The translations under genes and the position numbers were made by a program. Below are positions 48,585-58,866 of a stretch of DNA of 64,000 bases, in pieces. Each line of letters starts with the position of its first letter. Within the stretch, counting starts at the first letter, position 1. The notes under the pieces were generated by a model that saw nothing but the letters and a program-made list of their open reading frames with translations, did no database searches and was not told the origin of the DNA. The DNA is from Tequatrovirus NIC06P2. The stretch lies in the sequence record OZ035760.1. One strand, 5' to 3'.

Positions 48585-48800
48585 TTAAGCCTTTTTATCA
48601 AGAACAGAATTCAGCTTGTTAGTAATTTTATCCAGACGCTCATTAAACTCACTAGAAGATAAGCCCTTTTCTGGAGAAATTAAACTAATAACGAAAAATA
48701 TAGCAATAAAAGGAATAAGGAAAATAGCTCCAACTGCCATAAACAGAAAGAATGTTACAGTTGTAAGAAAATCAGCTAAACCTTTACGAAATTTATACAT
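48585..48800 (-). CDS. small membrane protein (71 aa)
   Basis: hydrophobic helix FFLFMAVGAIFLIPFIAIFFVISLI. Confidence 0.45.
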   Translation of the reverse strand: MYKFRKGLADFLTTVTFFLFMAVGAIFLIPFIAIFFVISLISPEKGLSSSEFNERLDKITNKLNSVLDKKA

Positions 48801-48915
48801 ATTTTACCCTTAATTAATTAACAAAGCATTGATAAGTACTAAACTATATTGGGAATAAAATTCTGGACCAAAATGAAAAATCATATCATTTATAGTATCC
48901 ATAATGCAATTCAAT

Positions 48916-49386
48916 TTAATCATGTTTCCACACCCCATCGGTATTTGACCAAAGTCGCTGATTATCTGATCCTCGCCACAGCTTTTTAGTCGGAAGATTT
49001 TTCTCATACTTCCCATCAATAATAACATCAACATATTTAAGCATTTCTAGTTGTTTAATATCTTCAAACTTATATCCTGTCCACAACCAAATGCTTTTAT
49101 TGGGATAAAGATTTTTAATAGTTTGAACCACAGAGTGAATCACGTCTCTGTTATCAGGATAAAGAGGGTCACCTCCGGTTATAGTCAATCCTTCTATATA
49201 ATCATTATTCAAACATTCAATTAATTGTTCTAGTGTTTCACCAGTGAATGGAATACCATTTCTAGCATTCCATGTTGATTTATTATAACACCCTTCACAT
49301 TTATGCAAACAACCTGTAACGAAAAGAACGACCCTGCATCCAGGGCCATTCACAAAATCACAAGGATAAAATCTATCATAATTCAT
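48916..49386 (-). CDS. nrdG: anaerobic ribonucleotide reductase activating protein (radical SAM)
   Basis: 156 aa as T4 NrdG; CxxxCxxC cluster CLHKCEGC. Confidence 0.92.
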   Translation of the reverse strand: MNYDRFYPCDFVNGPGCRVVLFVTGCLHKCEGCYNKSTWNARNGIPFTGETLEQLIECLNNDYIEGLTITGGDPLYPDNRDVIHSVVQTIKNLYPNKSIWLWTGYKFEDIKQLEMLKYVDVIIDGKYEKNLPTKKLWRGSDNQRLWSNTDGVWKHD

Positions 49387-51200
49387 TGATGCTTAACCCT
49401 ATGCATGATTTCTTTATTTTTACCGAGATTAAATCCGCGTTCGTTCGGATTTCCCAAATAGCCGCATGTTCTTCTTATTGTGTTCATCTTTTTAGGATCA
49501 GTTTCTCCACAAATAGAACAAACAAATCCATTTTCAGTAGGAGTCATTTCATGGGTACTTCCGCATGTAAAACATTTATCTACTGGCATATTAACACCAA
49601 AATAATCTAAATGTTGTGCAGCATAATCCCATACGGCCTCAAGACCCTTTAAGTTATTTTTCATATCAGGAAGTTCAACATAAGAAATGTGACCACCTGT
49701 CGCAATGAAATGATATGGCGCTTCACGAGAAATCTTTTCAAACGGAGTAATATTTTCTTCTACTGAAACATGGAAACTGTTAGTGTACCAACCTTTATCG
49801 GTAACATCTTTTACGCTTCCATATTTTTCTGTATCGAGTTTACAGAAGCGATAACAAAGGTTTTCAGCAGGAGTCGAATATAAACTAAAAGCAAATCCAG
49901 TTCTTTCAGTCCACTGTTTAAGATGAGCATTCATTTTAGTTAAAATTTCTTGTCCAATATCACGACCGACAAGAATATTCAATTCGTGAATACCAATGTA
50001 TCCTAGGGACACTGAACTTCTACCGTTTTTAAATAACTCAATTATGTCGTCATCAGGTTTAAGACGAACCCCGAATGCACCTTCTTGGTAAAGAATAGGA
50101 GCAACAGTAGCTTTAACTCCTTTTAAGGAACTAATTCTACACATCAAAGCTTCAAAACACAAATCCATTCGTTCATTGAATAATTCAACAAATTTCTGTT
50201 CATTGAACTGTGTTCCAATATAAGAATCTAACGCGATGCGAGGAAGATTCAGTGTTACAACACCAAGATTATTACGTCCATCAAGAATTTCATTACCAGT
50301 CGAATCTTTCCATACGCTCAAGAAACTACGGCAACCCATTGGAGAAACAGGAACAGATGAACCAGTGATAGCTTTATTGTTCTTAGCTGAAATAATATCA
50401 GGATACATCCTTTTGCTTGCACACTCTAGAGCAAGCTGCTTAATATCATAGTTCGGATCGTCTTTATAAAGATTAACACCTTCTTCAACGAACATAACAA
50501 GCTTAGGGAAAATAGGAGTTATCCCATCACGACCAAGACCTTTAATACGATTTTTCAGAATTGCTTTCTGAATCATTCGTTCAGTCCAGTCAGTTCCCGT
50601 ACCAAATGTAATTGTTACAAAAGGAGTCTGTCCGTTTGAACTAAAGAGAGTATTTACTTCATATTCATAAGCTTGGAATGCATCGTATACATCTTTTTCT
50701 GTTTTAGATTGAGCATAATTCAACGCATCAGCGATTTGCCATTTTTCTGCATCCTCAATATGTTTTGCATAGGTGCGTTTAACATAAGGAGAAAGTACTT
50801 TATCGACATTAGCAAATGTAGTTCCGCCATATTGGTGAGAAGCAACCTGTGCAGTAATTTGTGCCATAATTGCAGTAGCAACACCGATTGATTTAGGAGT
50901 TTCAATCTGTGCATTACCAAGCTTAAATCCATTCTCAAGCATTCCTTTTAAATCTACTAAACAACAATTAGTAAATGGAAGAGCAGGGGAATAATCAATA
51001 TCATGGAAATGAATAATTCCGCTTTCATGCGCTTTCATAATAAAAGACGGGACCATATTTTTGGCAATGTGTTTAGACACAATACCAGCCATAAGGTCCC
51101 GTTGAGTTGGAAAAACACGAGAATCTTTATTAGCATTCTCGTTTAAAAGGTCTTTATTAGTTTTATGAATCAATCCTTCAATTTCTTTTTCAATTGTCAT
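49383..51200 (-). CDS. nrdD: anaerobic ribonucleoside-triphosphate reductase, uninterrupted
   Basis: 605 aa single ORF; C-terminal glycyl radical region and zinc ribbon CFTCGSTHEMTPTENGFVCSICGE. Confidence 0.95.
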   Translation of the reverse strand: MTIEKEIEGLIHKTNKDLLNENANKDSRVFPTQRDLMAGIVSKHIAKNMVPSFIMKAHESGIIHFHDIDYSPALPFTNCCLVDLKGMLENGFKLGNAQIETPKSIGVATAIMAQITAQVASHQYGGTTFANVDKVLSPYVKRTYAKHIEDAEKWQIADALNYAQSKTEKDVYDAFQAYEYEVNTLFSSNGQTPFVTITFGTGTDWTERMIQKAILKNRIKGLGRDGITPIFPKLVMFVEEGVNLYKDDPNYDIKQLALECASKRMYPDIISAKNNKAITGSSVPVSPMGCRSFLSVWKDSTGNEILDGRNNLGVVTLNLPRIALDSYIGTQFNEQKFVELFNERMDLCFEALMCRISSLKGVKATVAPILYQEGAFGVRLKPDDDIIELFKNGRSSVSLGYIGIHELNILVGRDIGQEILTKMNAHLKQWTERTGFAFSLYSTPAENLCYRFCKLDTEKYGSVKDVTDKGWYTNSFHVSVEENITPFEKISREAPYHFIATGGHISYVELPDMKNNLKGLEAVWDYAAQHLDYFGVNMPVDKCFTCGSTHEMTPTENGFVCSICGETDPKKMNTIRRTCGYLGNPNERGFNLGKNKEIMHRVKHQ

Positions 51201-51670
51201 TTTAAACTCTTTCTAAGCTGCTTCTTAAATGAAGCTATTAACTGTGTTTTGGTGTCAGATTCATTATATTCAAATCCTCTTTGAAGCATCTCGGCCATCA
51301 TTTCCTCTTTTCCTAAACGAGAAAATTCCTTTGATTTATCTCCAACAAAGTTAGGGTGAATATTATTTTGGGTGTAATCGGATTTTAAATAAGTAAGTAA
51401 ATTTTCTAACCATTCAAGATAATCAACACCTTGTCCCTTTAAGCCAGAACGATTAAATTTATGCTTCATTTGACCTTCTGCGGCATTGCAGAGATTACAA
51501 AGCAATCCACGTACCTTTCCTGCTTTTGGTCCATTTAATTCATGGTCATGGTCAAGGTGATTAGCTTGAACGTCAGGATTTAGTTCTCGTTGGCAAATTA
51601 AGCATTTACCATTTTGTGCATCATAAAATTTCTGTTTTTCTTCTTTATATAATTTGCCAGTCAATAACAT
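51197..51670 (-). CDS. 49: endonuclease VII (Holliday junction resolvase)
   Basis: 157 aa; MLLTGKLYKEEKQKFYDAQNGKCLICQRELNPDVQANHLDHDHELNGPKAGKVRGLLCNLCNAAEG matches T4 gp49 from memory. Confidence 0.93.
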   Translation of the reverse strand: MLLTGKLYKEEKQKFYDAQNGKCLICQRELNPDVQANHLDHDHELNGPKAGKVRGLLCNLCNAAEGQMKHKFNRSGLKGQGVDYLEWLENLLTYLKSDYTQNNIHPNFVGDKSKEFSRLGKEEMMAEMLQRGFEYNESDTKTQLIASFKKQLRKSLK

Positions 51671-51711
51671 AATAAACCCTTACCTTAAATAGATAAGGGT
51701 ATTTATTATTT

Positions 51712-52197
51712 TCAAGTATTGTAAAACATTTGATTCAATCGCTTATATTGCCGAATCTTTTGGTCAGAAAAAGAAATTTGAGTTTCAAGCCATTCAATGT
51801 ACTCTGCGGCAGCTTGCATCAGGTTACCTTCATAGCCATCGTTATTTTCTTGTGCAGCTAATTTAGCTAATGCGTATGAAATACGTTCACCTTGAAAAGC
51901 GGCTTCAGGCTTCTGAACAACTTGATTAGTTCGCTCTACAACTTCTTCAATTTCGCCATTTTCGACTGATTCAGCATTCCATAAGCACCAATACGTAATT
52001 GGCTTATCGTAGATGTTAATAATCTTTCCATCAGAAAGTTCAATTTCAATAATTCCAGTATCAGGTTCTATATCATCTTCGCATTCTTTTGCAAGTTCAC
52101 GAACTTTAAAGACAGTACCTGCACTAAGTTCCGGCCAGTAATTACATAGCCCTGTATCAGCACGATTAATTCTAAACCACTTATCTACTGTAATCAT
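51712..52197 (-). CDS. pin: Pin protease inhibitor-like protein
   Basis: 161 aa from internal ATG (MITVDKWF), size and position downstream of 49 as T4 pin. Confidence 0.65.
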   Translation of the reverse strand: MITVDKWFRINRADTGLCNYWPELSAGTVFKVRELAKECEDDIEPDTGIIEIELSDGKIINIYDKPITYWCLWNAESVENGEIEEVVERTNQVVQKPEAAFQGERISYALAKLAAQENNDGYEGNLMQAAAEYIEWLETQISFSDQKIRQYKRLNQMFYNT

Positions 52198-52320
52198 GTC
52201 CCATCTCCATATCAATTAAGTCATTTATCGTTGGTTCATTATATACTGTTTCTTCATCAGTGTAAACCGGTTCTTCCGGCTCTGGCTCTACAGTTTCCCA
52301 TCTAGCCGCCCACCAAGGTT

Positions 52321-52641
52321 TTATAGCGTAATCCATTCTCGTACTGTCTGAGTTACTACACGTTCTCGAAGCTCAACCAGTTCAACAGTAGGAACTGCAT
52401 AATACCAGTCAGAATGGTAAGAACCTGAGCGAGATTCATTTACGGAAACATATACGTAGTGTTTTGGGCTAAAGTAAATTACTCGACGATATTGGCATTT
52501 GCCTTGTTGAGTCCATTCTTCGGATTCAATCTGAATAAGATAGTCGGAAAAATCGAAATCATAGTTTTCCGAAAATGCATCATGGTCTTCGATGATTTCG
52601 CTCAGAACTGCATCAACATCTAATTTATTTTCAATAGTCAT
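52321..52641 (-). CDS. hypothetical protein (106 aa)
   Basis: ORF in track. Confidence 0.5.
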   Translation of the reverse strand: MTIENKLDVDAVLSEIIEDHDAFSENYDFDFSDYLIQIESEEWTQQGKCQYRRVIYFSPKHYVYVSVNESRSGSYHSDWYYAVPTVELVELRERVVTQTVREWITL

Positions 52642-52652
52642 TTTTTCACCAA

Positions 52653-52847
52653 TTAATTTCGCAATTTATTAAGTTCTTCATAATCAATCCAGGATTCTAA
52701 TCCTGATGGCAAATCAGATTCAATTTCCCAAAGAAGTTCTTCAATTTTATGAAGACGATCTAATTCTTCAGCTGGAATAGTAACCATTGATGGAGTTCTT
52801 GATACACTAATATCGTAAATCATATTTACCCCAGTTTGACCATGCAA
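52653..52847 (-). CDS. hypothetical protein (64 aa)
   Basis: ORF in track. Confidence 0.4.
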   Translation of the reverse strand: MHGQTGVNMIYDISVSRTPSMVTIPAEELDRLHKIEELLWEIESDLPSGLESWIDYEELNKLRN

Positions 52848-53041
52848 TCACCGTATTTCCACTTAGAAATAGACTTTTCACCATTAGAATAATAAACTTC
52901 GAGTTTAGCACGATTATTTTTAATTTGAATAACCTTGGCTGTCATCAAAGTTCCATACCCATAGTAAACTGCAACTTCATCACCTACATATACCGCGCTT
53001 CCGCGGTAGTCATGGATATAATCAGTTCCTTCGAGAATCAT
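52826..53041 (-). CDS. hypothetical protein (71 aa)
   Basis: ORF in track. Confidence 0.45.
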   Translation of the reverse strand: MILEGTDYIHDYRGSAVYVGDEVAVYYGYGTLMTAKVIQIKNNRAKLEVYYSNGEKSISKWKYGDCMVKLG

Positions 53042-53301
53042 TTAAAGTATTCCCGCAATTGGTCAAATCCACCAATATGACTTCCATCAGGAGCAAATAC
53101 CTGAGGCATCGTCAATCCGATTTGAGTATCACGACCTAGTTTAGTCAGAAGCTCAGCGATTTTCTCATCATCAAAAACACCTTTTTCCGGCATAATGTTG
53201 ATAAATTCAAACGGCTGTTTCTTCACGGTCAAAAGACGTTTTGCATTATCACAATACACGCATTTATGGATGTTGCTATCATAACCATATACTTTAAACA
53301 T
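53038..53301 (-). CDS. nrdC: thioredoxin/glutaredoxin NrdC
   Basis: 87 aa; MFKVYGYDSNIHKCVYCDNAKRLL with CVYC active site matches T4 NrdC. Confidence 0.9.
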   Translation of the reverse strand: MFKVYGYDSNIHKCVYCDNAKRLLTVKKQPFEFINIMPEKGVFDDEKIAELLTKLGRDTQIGLTMPQVFAPDGSHIGGFDQLREYFK

Positions 53302-53302
53302 A

Positions 53303-53560
53303 TTATTCCTTAATTCCTAGTACTTGTTTAAAAGTCTCGTCGTAATCAAGACTTTGGCCCGTTTGTTCTTTATGTTTGTATATAATATCACTTACTTCTG
53401 ATAGCATATTTTTATATGAACGAGTTAAAGCAGATTTAAGCACGCTGTATCTATCAGGAAATTTACCATGTTCATTATAATAAGCTATTGCTAATTCACG
53501 GACTGCCTTTTCAGCAGTCTCCATATATTCTTTACGCTTGGTCATTTTCTTCTCGGTCAA
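53303..53560 (-). CDS. hypothetical protein (85 aa)
   Basis: ORF in track. Confidence 0.5.
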
Positions 53561-53849
53561 ATCGGTGTTTACAATGGCGACATTTATAACGAAGATTACT
53601 AGTCTGCCAATGAACTAATTGTACCTGTTCAGTACCGCATTCAGGACAATTAGGAACGTTTTTAGAAGCACGTTCGCGGCGTTCAACCATAACCATAATG
53701 GCATCCCAAGCAGGAGGTTTAAAGTCTAAATCATCACAACCATGAATCTTTCCACGCATTTCCAAATCGTCTTCTTCACCGGCCATAATAATTTTAATTA
53801 AACTGAAATTACTTGAAGCTGCAATGTCTTCTAATAGACGCTTTTTCAT
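53532..53849 (-). CDS. zinc-ribbon protein (105 aa)
   Basis: [30 protein letters not shown]. Confidence 0.5.
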
Positions 53850-54775
53850 TTCAATACCTCAATAGCATTACGTAAACCATTTGCTTTTGCATTAAGAGCT
53901 TTTAACAATTTGGTGTGTTCTGCAATTTGGGCTTCAACTTCAATCAAACGAGCATTGAGATATTCGCGTTCTTCACTCAGATTATCAACCTTTTCTACTT
54001 TAGGCTCTTTTACAACTGTCTTATATGTATTAGGGTTCTTCAGTTTAATTAGAATGCGTGAACTGTATAACATTGAACCATTATCTTCGGTTTCGTCATA
54101 CATTTCCACTACGTCCATCATCTCCACCATCGTGCAGAGTTTATAAGACAACGAACGAATAATTTTGTTGTGCTTATTAATTTCTCTAGCTGTCATGGTG
54201 CCGAGATTACGTGAGTAATAATAAGGAACCTGGATATTAATTAATACTGATGAACCACCTGGCTTGTGTGTTACTTCATCAGCAATAACCCAATCCTTAA
54301 CATGAACTGTATTTGTACGGTCATCGCCCGCGGTAAATAGTTTACGAGCATGCTTAAAAAGCATATTCACTTGGTCATTGAATTGACAAGCGAATTTATC
54401 AGCAAATTTAGTTTCGGGAATGGTAGATAACCAATCAGCCAAATGAGTCTTTTTAACATCGTTAACAATAGTAAATTCAACCAAATCGGTTATAGATGTC
54501 TCAGATTTAATGAAGCTCGGCTTCATAAAGTTTTTAATGTTATCACTAGCTACAGTAGAAGATAACAGACGAGAACGTTTAAACCATTGAAGCAAATTGC
54601 CTAACGAATGAGAATAAGCGTTTTGAGTATCTTTACAGATATGATTTTCCTGGCCAACATATTGAAGGAAATCACGAAGAATATTATTGATTACTGCCCT
54701 GTGTCCTATCTGATAATTACGATGTTTAGTAATAAGACTGTCAAAATAATCAATATAATGTTTACGAGTTTTCAT
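53846..54775 (-). CDS. hypothetical protein with C-terminal coiled coil (309 aa), paralog family member
   Basis: N-terminus MKTRKHYIDYF and FKRSRLLSS motif shared with next ORF; C-terminal heptad-rich tail. Confidence 0.6.
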   Translation of the reverse strand: MKTRKHYIDYFDSLITKHRNYQIGHRAVINNILRDFLQYVGQENHICKDTQNAYSHSLGNLLQWFKRSRLLSSTVASDNIKNFMKPSFIKSETSITDLVEFTIVNDVKKTHLADWLSTIPETKFADKFACQFNDQVNMLFKHARKLFTAGDDRTNTVHVKDWVIADEVTHKPGGSSVLINIQVPYYYSRNLGTMTAREINKHNKIIRSLSYKLCTMVEMMDVVEMYDETEDNGSMLYSSRILIKLKNPNTYKTVVKEPKVEKVDNLSEEREYLNARLIEVEAQIAEHTKLLKALNAKANGLRNAIEVLK

Positions 54776-54827
54776 GTTCTTCTCACTTTGTTAATGATTT
54801 GTACTCCGAGCCATCCTTGGCTTTAAA

Positions 54828-55829
54828 TTACTTAATTAACTGTAAAGCTTGTTCTAGACGATCAAGACGATTAACGGATTCTTCCCAAATCTTTTTAGCC
54901 TGCTCATATTCTTTCTGCGCTTTATTAGAAATTTCTAGAACTTCCTTATAAGCTTTTTCTAATGCAATAACTTCTGGACGAATTTCTACCGGTTCAGGTG
55001 AATCATCAAGACATTCCATTAGTTCCTCAAGGGTAGTTTCTTCTTTAGGAGTATTCACAATTTCATCACATTTTTGTTGATAAATTTCTTTATCAGTAGG
55101 TGAGTACGCGCACTTTACTTCACGAAGACTAATTACAATTTTATATCCTTCCCAACCGCATATATTCTTAAAAGGATATGTATGAATATTTTCTACTGTT
55201 TCCATACAAAGTAATGCGGTCTCTAATTGACGAGTTATAGTGCTAGCAATTGAGAAAAATTTATTAATGTTCTTTTGGTTAGCTTCTGGTGTAAAAAATC
55301 CATAATTCACAAAAATAGATACTTTATTTTTATCAAGTTCATATTCTTTTATGATAATCATATCAGAAGCCAAAGGATGAATTTGACGATAATCGCCATA
55401 ACATAATTTAGAAGCTGATTTTAGAATCTGTCCTTTGAAAAGTCTGAAATTACTAATCCAACGACGAGTAAAAATATTCTCAGGGTCTTCTTTATTATTA
55501 AGATGATAAGAATTAACATCACCGAACCAATTATATCCTACTACATCTTTGGTTCGTTTAATTTCTTTCCCAAAATTACCAAGAATATCCCGATTAACCA
55601 AATATGAAAGAAGACGAGACTCTTTAAAGGTTTTCTTGATAAGATCTTTATCTACACGACTAGAAATTTTACGAATTTCATGAATAAATTTAGTAGAAGA
55701 AACAATACCTGCATCAACACTATTGAGCCATTGATTGATAATAGAAAGAACGCTATTTTGGCCAAACATCGGTATAGCTTTATCATCAATAACGCTATTG
55801 AATGATTTGATATATTCGTTACGAGTCAT
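54828..55829 (-). CDS. hypothetical protein with C-terminal coiled coil (333 aa), paralog family member
   Basis: ATG with GAGGAG Shine-Dalgarno directly after promoter 55857..55887; MTRNEYIKSF; FKESRLLSY motif; ORF-track version reads into the promoter. Confidence 0.6.
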   Translation of the reverse strand: MTRNEYIKSFNSVIDDKAIPMFGQNSVLSIINQWLNSVDAGIVSSTKFIHEIRKISSRVDKDLIKKTFKESRLLSYLVNRDILGNFGKEIKRTKDVVGYNWFGDVNSYHLNNKEDPENIFTRRWISNFRLFKGQILKSASKLCYGDYRQIHPLASDMIIIKEYELDKNKVSIFVNYGFFTPEANQKNINKFFSIASTITRQLETALLCMETVENIHTYPFKNICGWEGYKIVISLREVKCAYSPTDKEIYQQKCDEIVNTPKEETTLEELMECLDDSPEPVEIRPEVIALEKAYKEVLEISNKAQKEYEQAKKIWEESVNRLDRLEQALQLIK

Positions 55830-55856
55830 ATTAATCTCCTCAGTAGAAAGTAAGAA

Positions 55857-55887
55857 CATTATACCACATCCTTGTGGCAAAGTAAAC
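55857..55887 (-). promoter_or_regulatory. T4-type early promoter, near-identical to the one at 10048..10078
   Basis: reverse complement CTAGTTTACTTTGCCACAAGGATGTGGTATAATG. Confidence 0.65.
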
Positions 55888-56912
55888 TAGTTCAGTGCAT
55901 TTAGCGCATTGTTCAGTTTAGAACGTTGCTTTGTCAGATTTTGAACCCTTGACTGAGCTTGTTCTAACGCCTTTTCAGCTTCTAGCACTTCATTAGTTGC
56001 TTTAACGAGTTCATCATCTACTGCCTTAAGAGACTTCTCAATCGCATCTGCATGCCATTTTTCAACAGGTTTAAGACTCGGATTTTCAACAGGAAGAAAA
56101 TTCACTTTATTAAGTTTACATGCATCTATATTGCTTGAACTATGCATCCAAAATTTAGGATCGTTTGATAAGTAATTGGATAAATTTAAATTTAAGTTAT
56201 CTTGTACTTCTTGCTTTTTCTCTTGCGGGACTTCGTCCTTTCTCAAAAAATCATATTTAAATGAAACGATCATATCAAGTTCATATGATGTTGTATCTAA
56301 CTTAAATCGTTCAAAACGAGGTAAAATCTTAGATTGAACAGCAGCAACAACATCCATATACTTAAATGCTTCTGTCAGCTGTGATTTAAGACATTCACAA
56401 ATTGAAAGAGAATTTTTAGTATTAGGCTTAAAGCTAATTCGTGCAGTTCTATTATTTTCTTTTAACGGTCTTACTTCCATCTGAAGAGTATAACCATCAA
56501 ATTTCAGATTCTTTAAGTTAATATCAGAACCTTTTAATCGACTAGCAGTAGACAAAATTTGCTTTAATTGTTTACGGAATAGAGCAATAAATCTCCATTC
56601 AAGACGATAATGATTTGGATTAAAAAATCCTGTTGATAAATCGACCTTACTCTGACCAACGCCTTGAACAAATAAAGGATTTTTATAATCAATAGTTTTA
56701 CAGAAATCGGTGAGCTGCTCACGAGCAGTCATTTGAGTAATATACCCCGCTTTACTAAAATGACGTAACCATTCACTGCTATTCATATACTTAAAGTGAA
56801 TATCACGATTAACTTTATCAGGGTCTAAATTATTTTGGCACAAAAATGTCATAACATTACGGGTATAGCTGGCATTACGAACCATATCTTCAATTTGAGA
56901 ACGAGTTTTCAT
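55887..56912 (-). CDS. hypothetical protein with C-terminal coiled coil (341 aa), paralog family member
   Basis: N-terminus MKTRSQIEDM; C-terminal heptad-rich tail. Confidence 0.6.
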   Translation of the reverse strand: MKTRSQIEDMVRNASYTRNVMTFLCQNNLDPDKVNRDIHFKYMNSSEWLRHFSKAGYITQMTAREQLTDFCKTIDYKNPLFVQGVGQSKVDLSTGFFNPNHYRLEWRFIALFRKQLKQILSTASRLKGSDINLKNLKFDGYTLQMEVRPLKENNRTARISFKPNTKNSLSICECLKSQLTEAFKYMDVVAAVQSKILPRFERFKLDTTSYELDMIVSFKYDFLRKDEVPQEKKQEVQDNLNLNLSNYLSNDPKFWMHSSSNIDACKLNKVNFLPVENPSLKPVEKWHADAIEKSLKAVDDELVKATNEVLEAEKALEQAQSRVQNLTKQRSKLNNALNALN

Positions 56913-56920
56913 GGTGTTCC

Positions 56921-57823
56921 TTAAGATTTAAGTAAATCAATAATTTTAATTAATTTTTCACGTTCAGATTTAGCTTTACTACTCAATCCAGATAGTCTGA
57001 AAATTTCATCGTCATATTGTTGAATAGAAATATTCAGCTCTTCAATTTGCTTATTAAAATAATCAATTTGTTCAGAATGTTTTTCGTTACTACGAACTGG
57101 TACAGGTTTTGTAGGCAATTTAGTTGAACTGGATTCATCCGGGCGATAAATTAAAATACAACTTGAACCAATTGGACATTTTGCACCAGATGAATATTCT
57201 AATGTTCCAGCTTCTTTTAAAATTTCAAAAGCTAAACAGAGATGATGACCCATATTGGCATAATCTGTAGAGTGAGCTCTGACGTAATAATCATCTCCAC
57301 GAGTGCTAAATTTAAAGCATTTAAGGTCTTCTGTATTATTAGTTTTAAAAATCATTTGTTTATCTAGACCTTTAGCTAATCGAGCGCCTAATGCTAATAA
57401 TCGTCGTTGATTTTCCCACAAATCTGCGATCATTTGGTCAAATGATAATTTCGGCATTAGTCGACCATAAAGGTCGTATCCTTTATTATAATTGCGAAGG
57501 ATTTCACTCGCGTTAATGCGAGACAACGCTCCAATTTTATTAAGGGCTTTCATGATGCGATTAGATAAAAGCATTCCAGATCCGTTTGTTCGTTGTAAAT
57601 GTTTTTCTAATCCAAATCCAATATCAACTTTAAACTTATCTAAAATTTCGGCGTGAACATCTTTATCAATAACATTTAAATTTAGTACTGGGTTAAATTT
57701 ATGAAAAAATTTATCTGACTCGTCGCGTTGAAGTACAGTCCATTCATTTGATTTTTTATTAACTAAAGATTTAATTACTGCATTGACATTATTAATTACT
57801 ACTGACATATTTTCCTCACTCAA
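56921..57823 (-). CDS. hypothetical protein with C-terminal coiled coil (300 aa)
   Basis: ORF in track; C-terminal tail EIFRLSGLSSKAKSEREKLIKIIDLLKS. Confidence 0.55.
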   Translation of the reverse strand: MSEENMSVVINNVNAVIKSLVNKKSNEWTVLQRDESDKFFHKFNPVLNLNVIDKDVHAEILDKFKVDIGFGLEKHLQRTNGSGMLLSNRIMKALNKIGALSRINASEILRNYNKGYDLYGRLMPKLSFDQMIADLWENQRRLLALGARLAKGLDKQMIFKTNNTEDLKCFKFSTRGDDYYVRAHSTDYANMGHHLCLAFEILKEAGTLEYSSGAKCPIGSSCILIYRPDESSSTKLPTKPVPVRSNEKHSEQIDYFNKQIEELNISIQQYDDEIFRLSGLSSKAKSEREKLIKIIDLLKS

Positions 57824-58224
57824 TTTTCAATTTTACTAAATACACAGAATATGATGGAAAAGACTATATAAGCACCGCATACAGATTGAACTAATACCAT
57901 TCCAAAGAACCAAATAATATTATCAAACCATGTCTGTTTTACGTCGAAAGGACGTAAACTTACAGTAATATTATCACCTTTTTCTATTGAAGAATACATC
58001 TCTGGCGAAATATATTCGCTAAATCTATAACCGTCTTTGAGTTCATATACGGCAATAAACGATAAACTAGACCCCTTTCCTTGAGTTCCTGTAAGGGTAT
58101 TAACTACAGTAACATCATAATCTTTATAATGCATATAATCATTAATTGCGTAATAACCATATGCAATTACTATACATAAACAACATATCAATAAATTCAA
58201 TCTTTTAATTATCAACTGTTTCAT
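57820..58224 (-). CDS. membrane protein (134 aa) with N- and C-terminal hydrophobic helices
   Basis: LNLLICCLCIVIAYGYYAI and IIWFFGMVLVQSVCGAYIVFSIIFCVF. Confidence 0.5.
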   Translation of the reverse strand: MKQLIIKRLNLLICCLCIVIAYGYYAINDYMHYKDYDVTVVNTLTGTQGKGSSLSFIAVYELKDGYRFSEYISPEMYSSIEKGDNITVSLRPFDVKQTWFDNIIWFFGMVLVQSVCGAYIVFSIIFCVFSKIEN

Positions 58225-58279
58225 AATAATCTCAATTAAAAGGGCTTAGAACCATTATACCATCCTTGGTATAAAGCGG

Positions 58280-58807
58280 TTATGCGAGTACCGTCTTTAA
58301 CCGTTCTTCAAACTTCCGAAGAGTATTTTGGCGTTCAGCTCTTTGCTTTTTGTAAGTTTCAATACGCTCTGAAATGAGAGTGTATCGTTCATTTACTGAT
58401 TCTTTCATAAAATCAGGAATTTCACGAGAAGCTTTAATCTCGTCAAATTTATCAATAACAGCTTGCTCTTCAGCAATTAAGTTATCATACATCAAAATAT
58501 CTTTCTTGATGAACCCAATATCTTCTTGAGTTACACGAGATAATTTAGATGCTTTATCCTTTTTGTACTGTTCGTTAGTATCACGAGACCAGTGTAATGT
58601 ACGATTTTTATTCGTATTCTTGTAAATTTCTACAATACCAATCTCATCAATAATAACGATCCAATTCCAACGGGATTTGTAAATTTGTCCTCCATCAACC
58701 GTGATTTCACCTCCGATTGAGATGTCATTAAAGAACTTGCTTTGCGCTTCAGATTTAAATTTACCATCGTTGTAATTTACCAGGTTGAAAATATCTTTAG
58801 CGTTCAT
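58280..58807 (-). CDS. hypothetical protein (175 aa)
   Basis: ATG (MNAKDIF) downstream of promoter 58835..58864; ORF-track version reads through the promoter. Confidence 0.55.
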   Translation of the reverse strand: MNAKDIFNLVNYNDGKFKSEAQSKFFNDISIGGEITVDGGQIYKSRWNWIVIIDEIGIVEIYKNTNKNRTLHWSRDTNEQYKKDKASKLSRVTQEDIGFIKKDILMYDNLIAEEQAVIDKFDEIKASREIPDFMKESVNERYTLISERIETYKKQRAERQNTLRKFEERLKTVLA

Positions 58808-58834
58808 TTTGTGTTCTCCGTAGTTGATAGTTGT

Positions 58835-58864
58835 ATAGTACCACAGAGGAATGGTCTTGTAAAC
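58835..58864 (-). promoter_or_regulatory. T4-type early promoter
   Basis: reverse complement GGTTTACAAGACCATTCCTCTGTGGTACTATACAACTATCAACTACGGAGAACACAAAATG. Confidence 0.6.
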
Positions 58865-58866
58865 CA

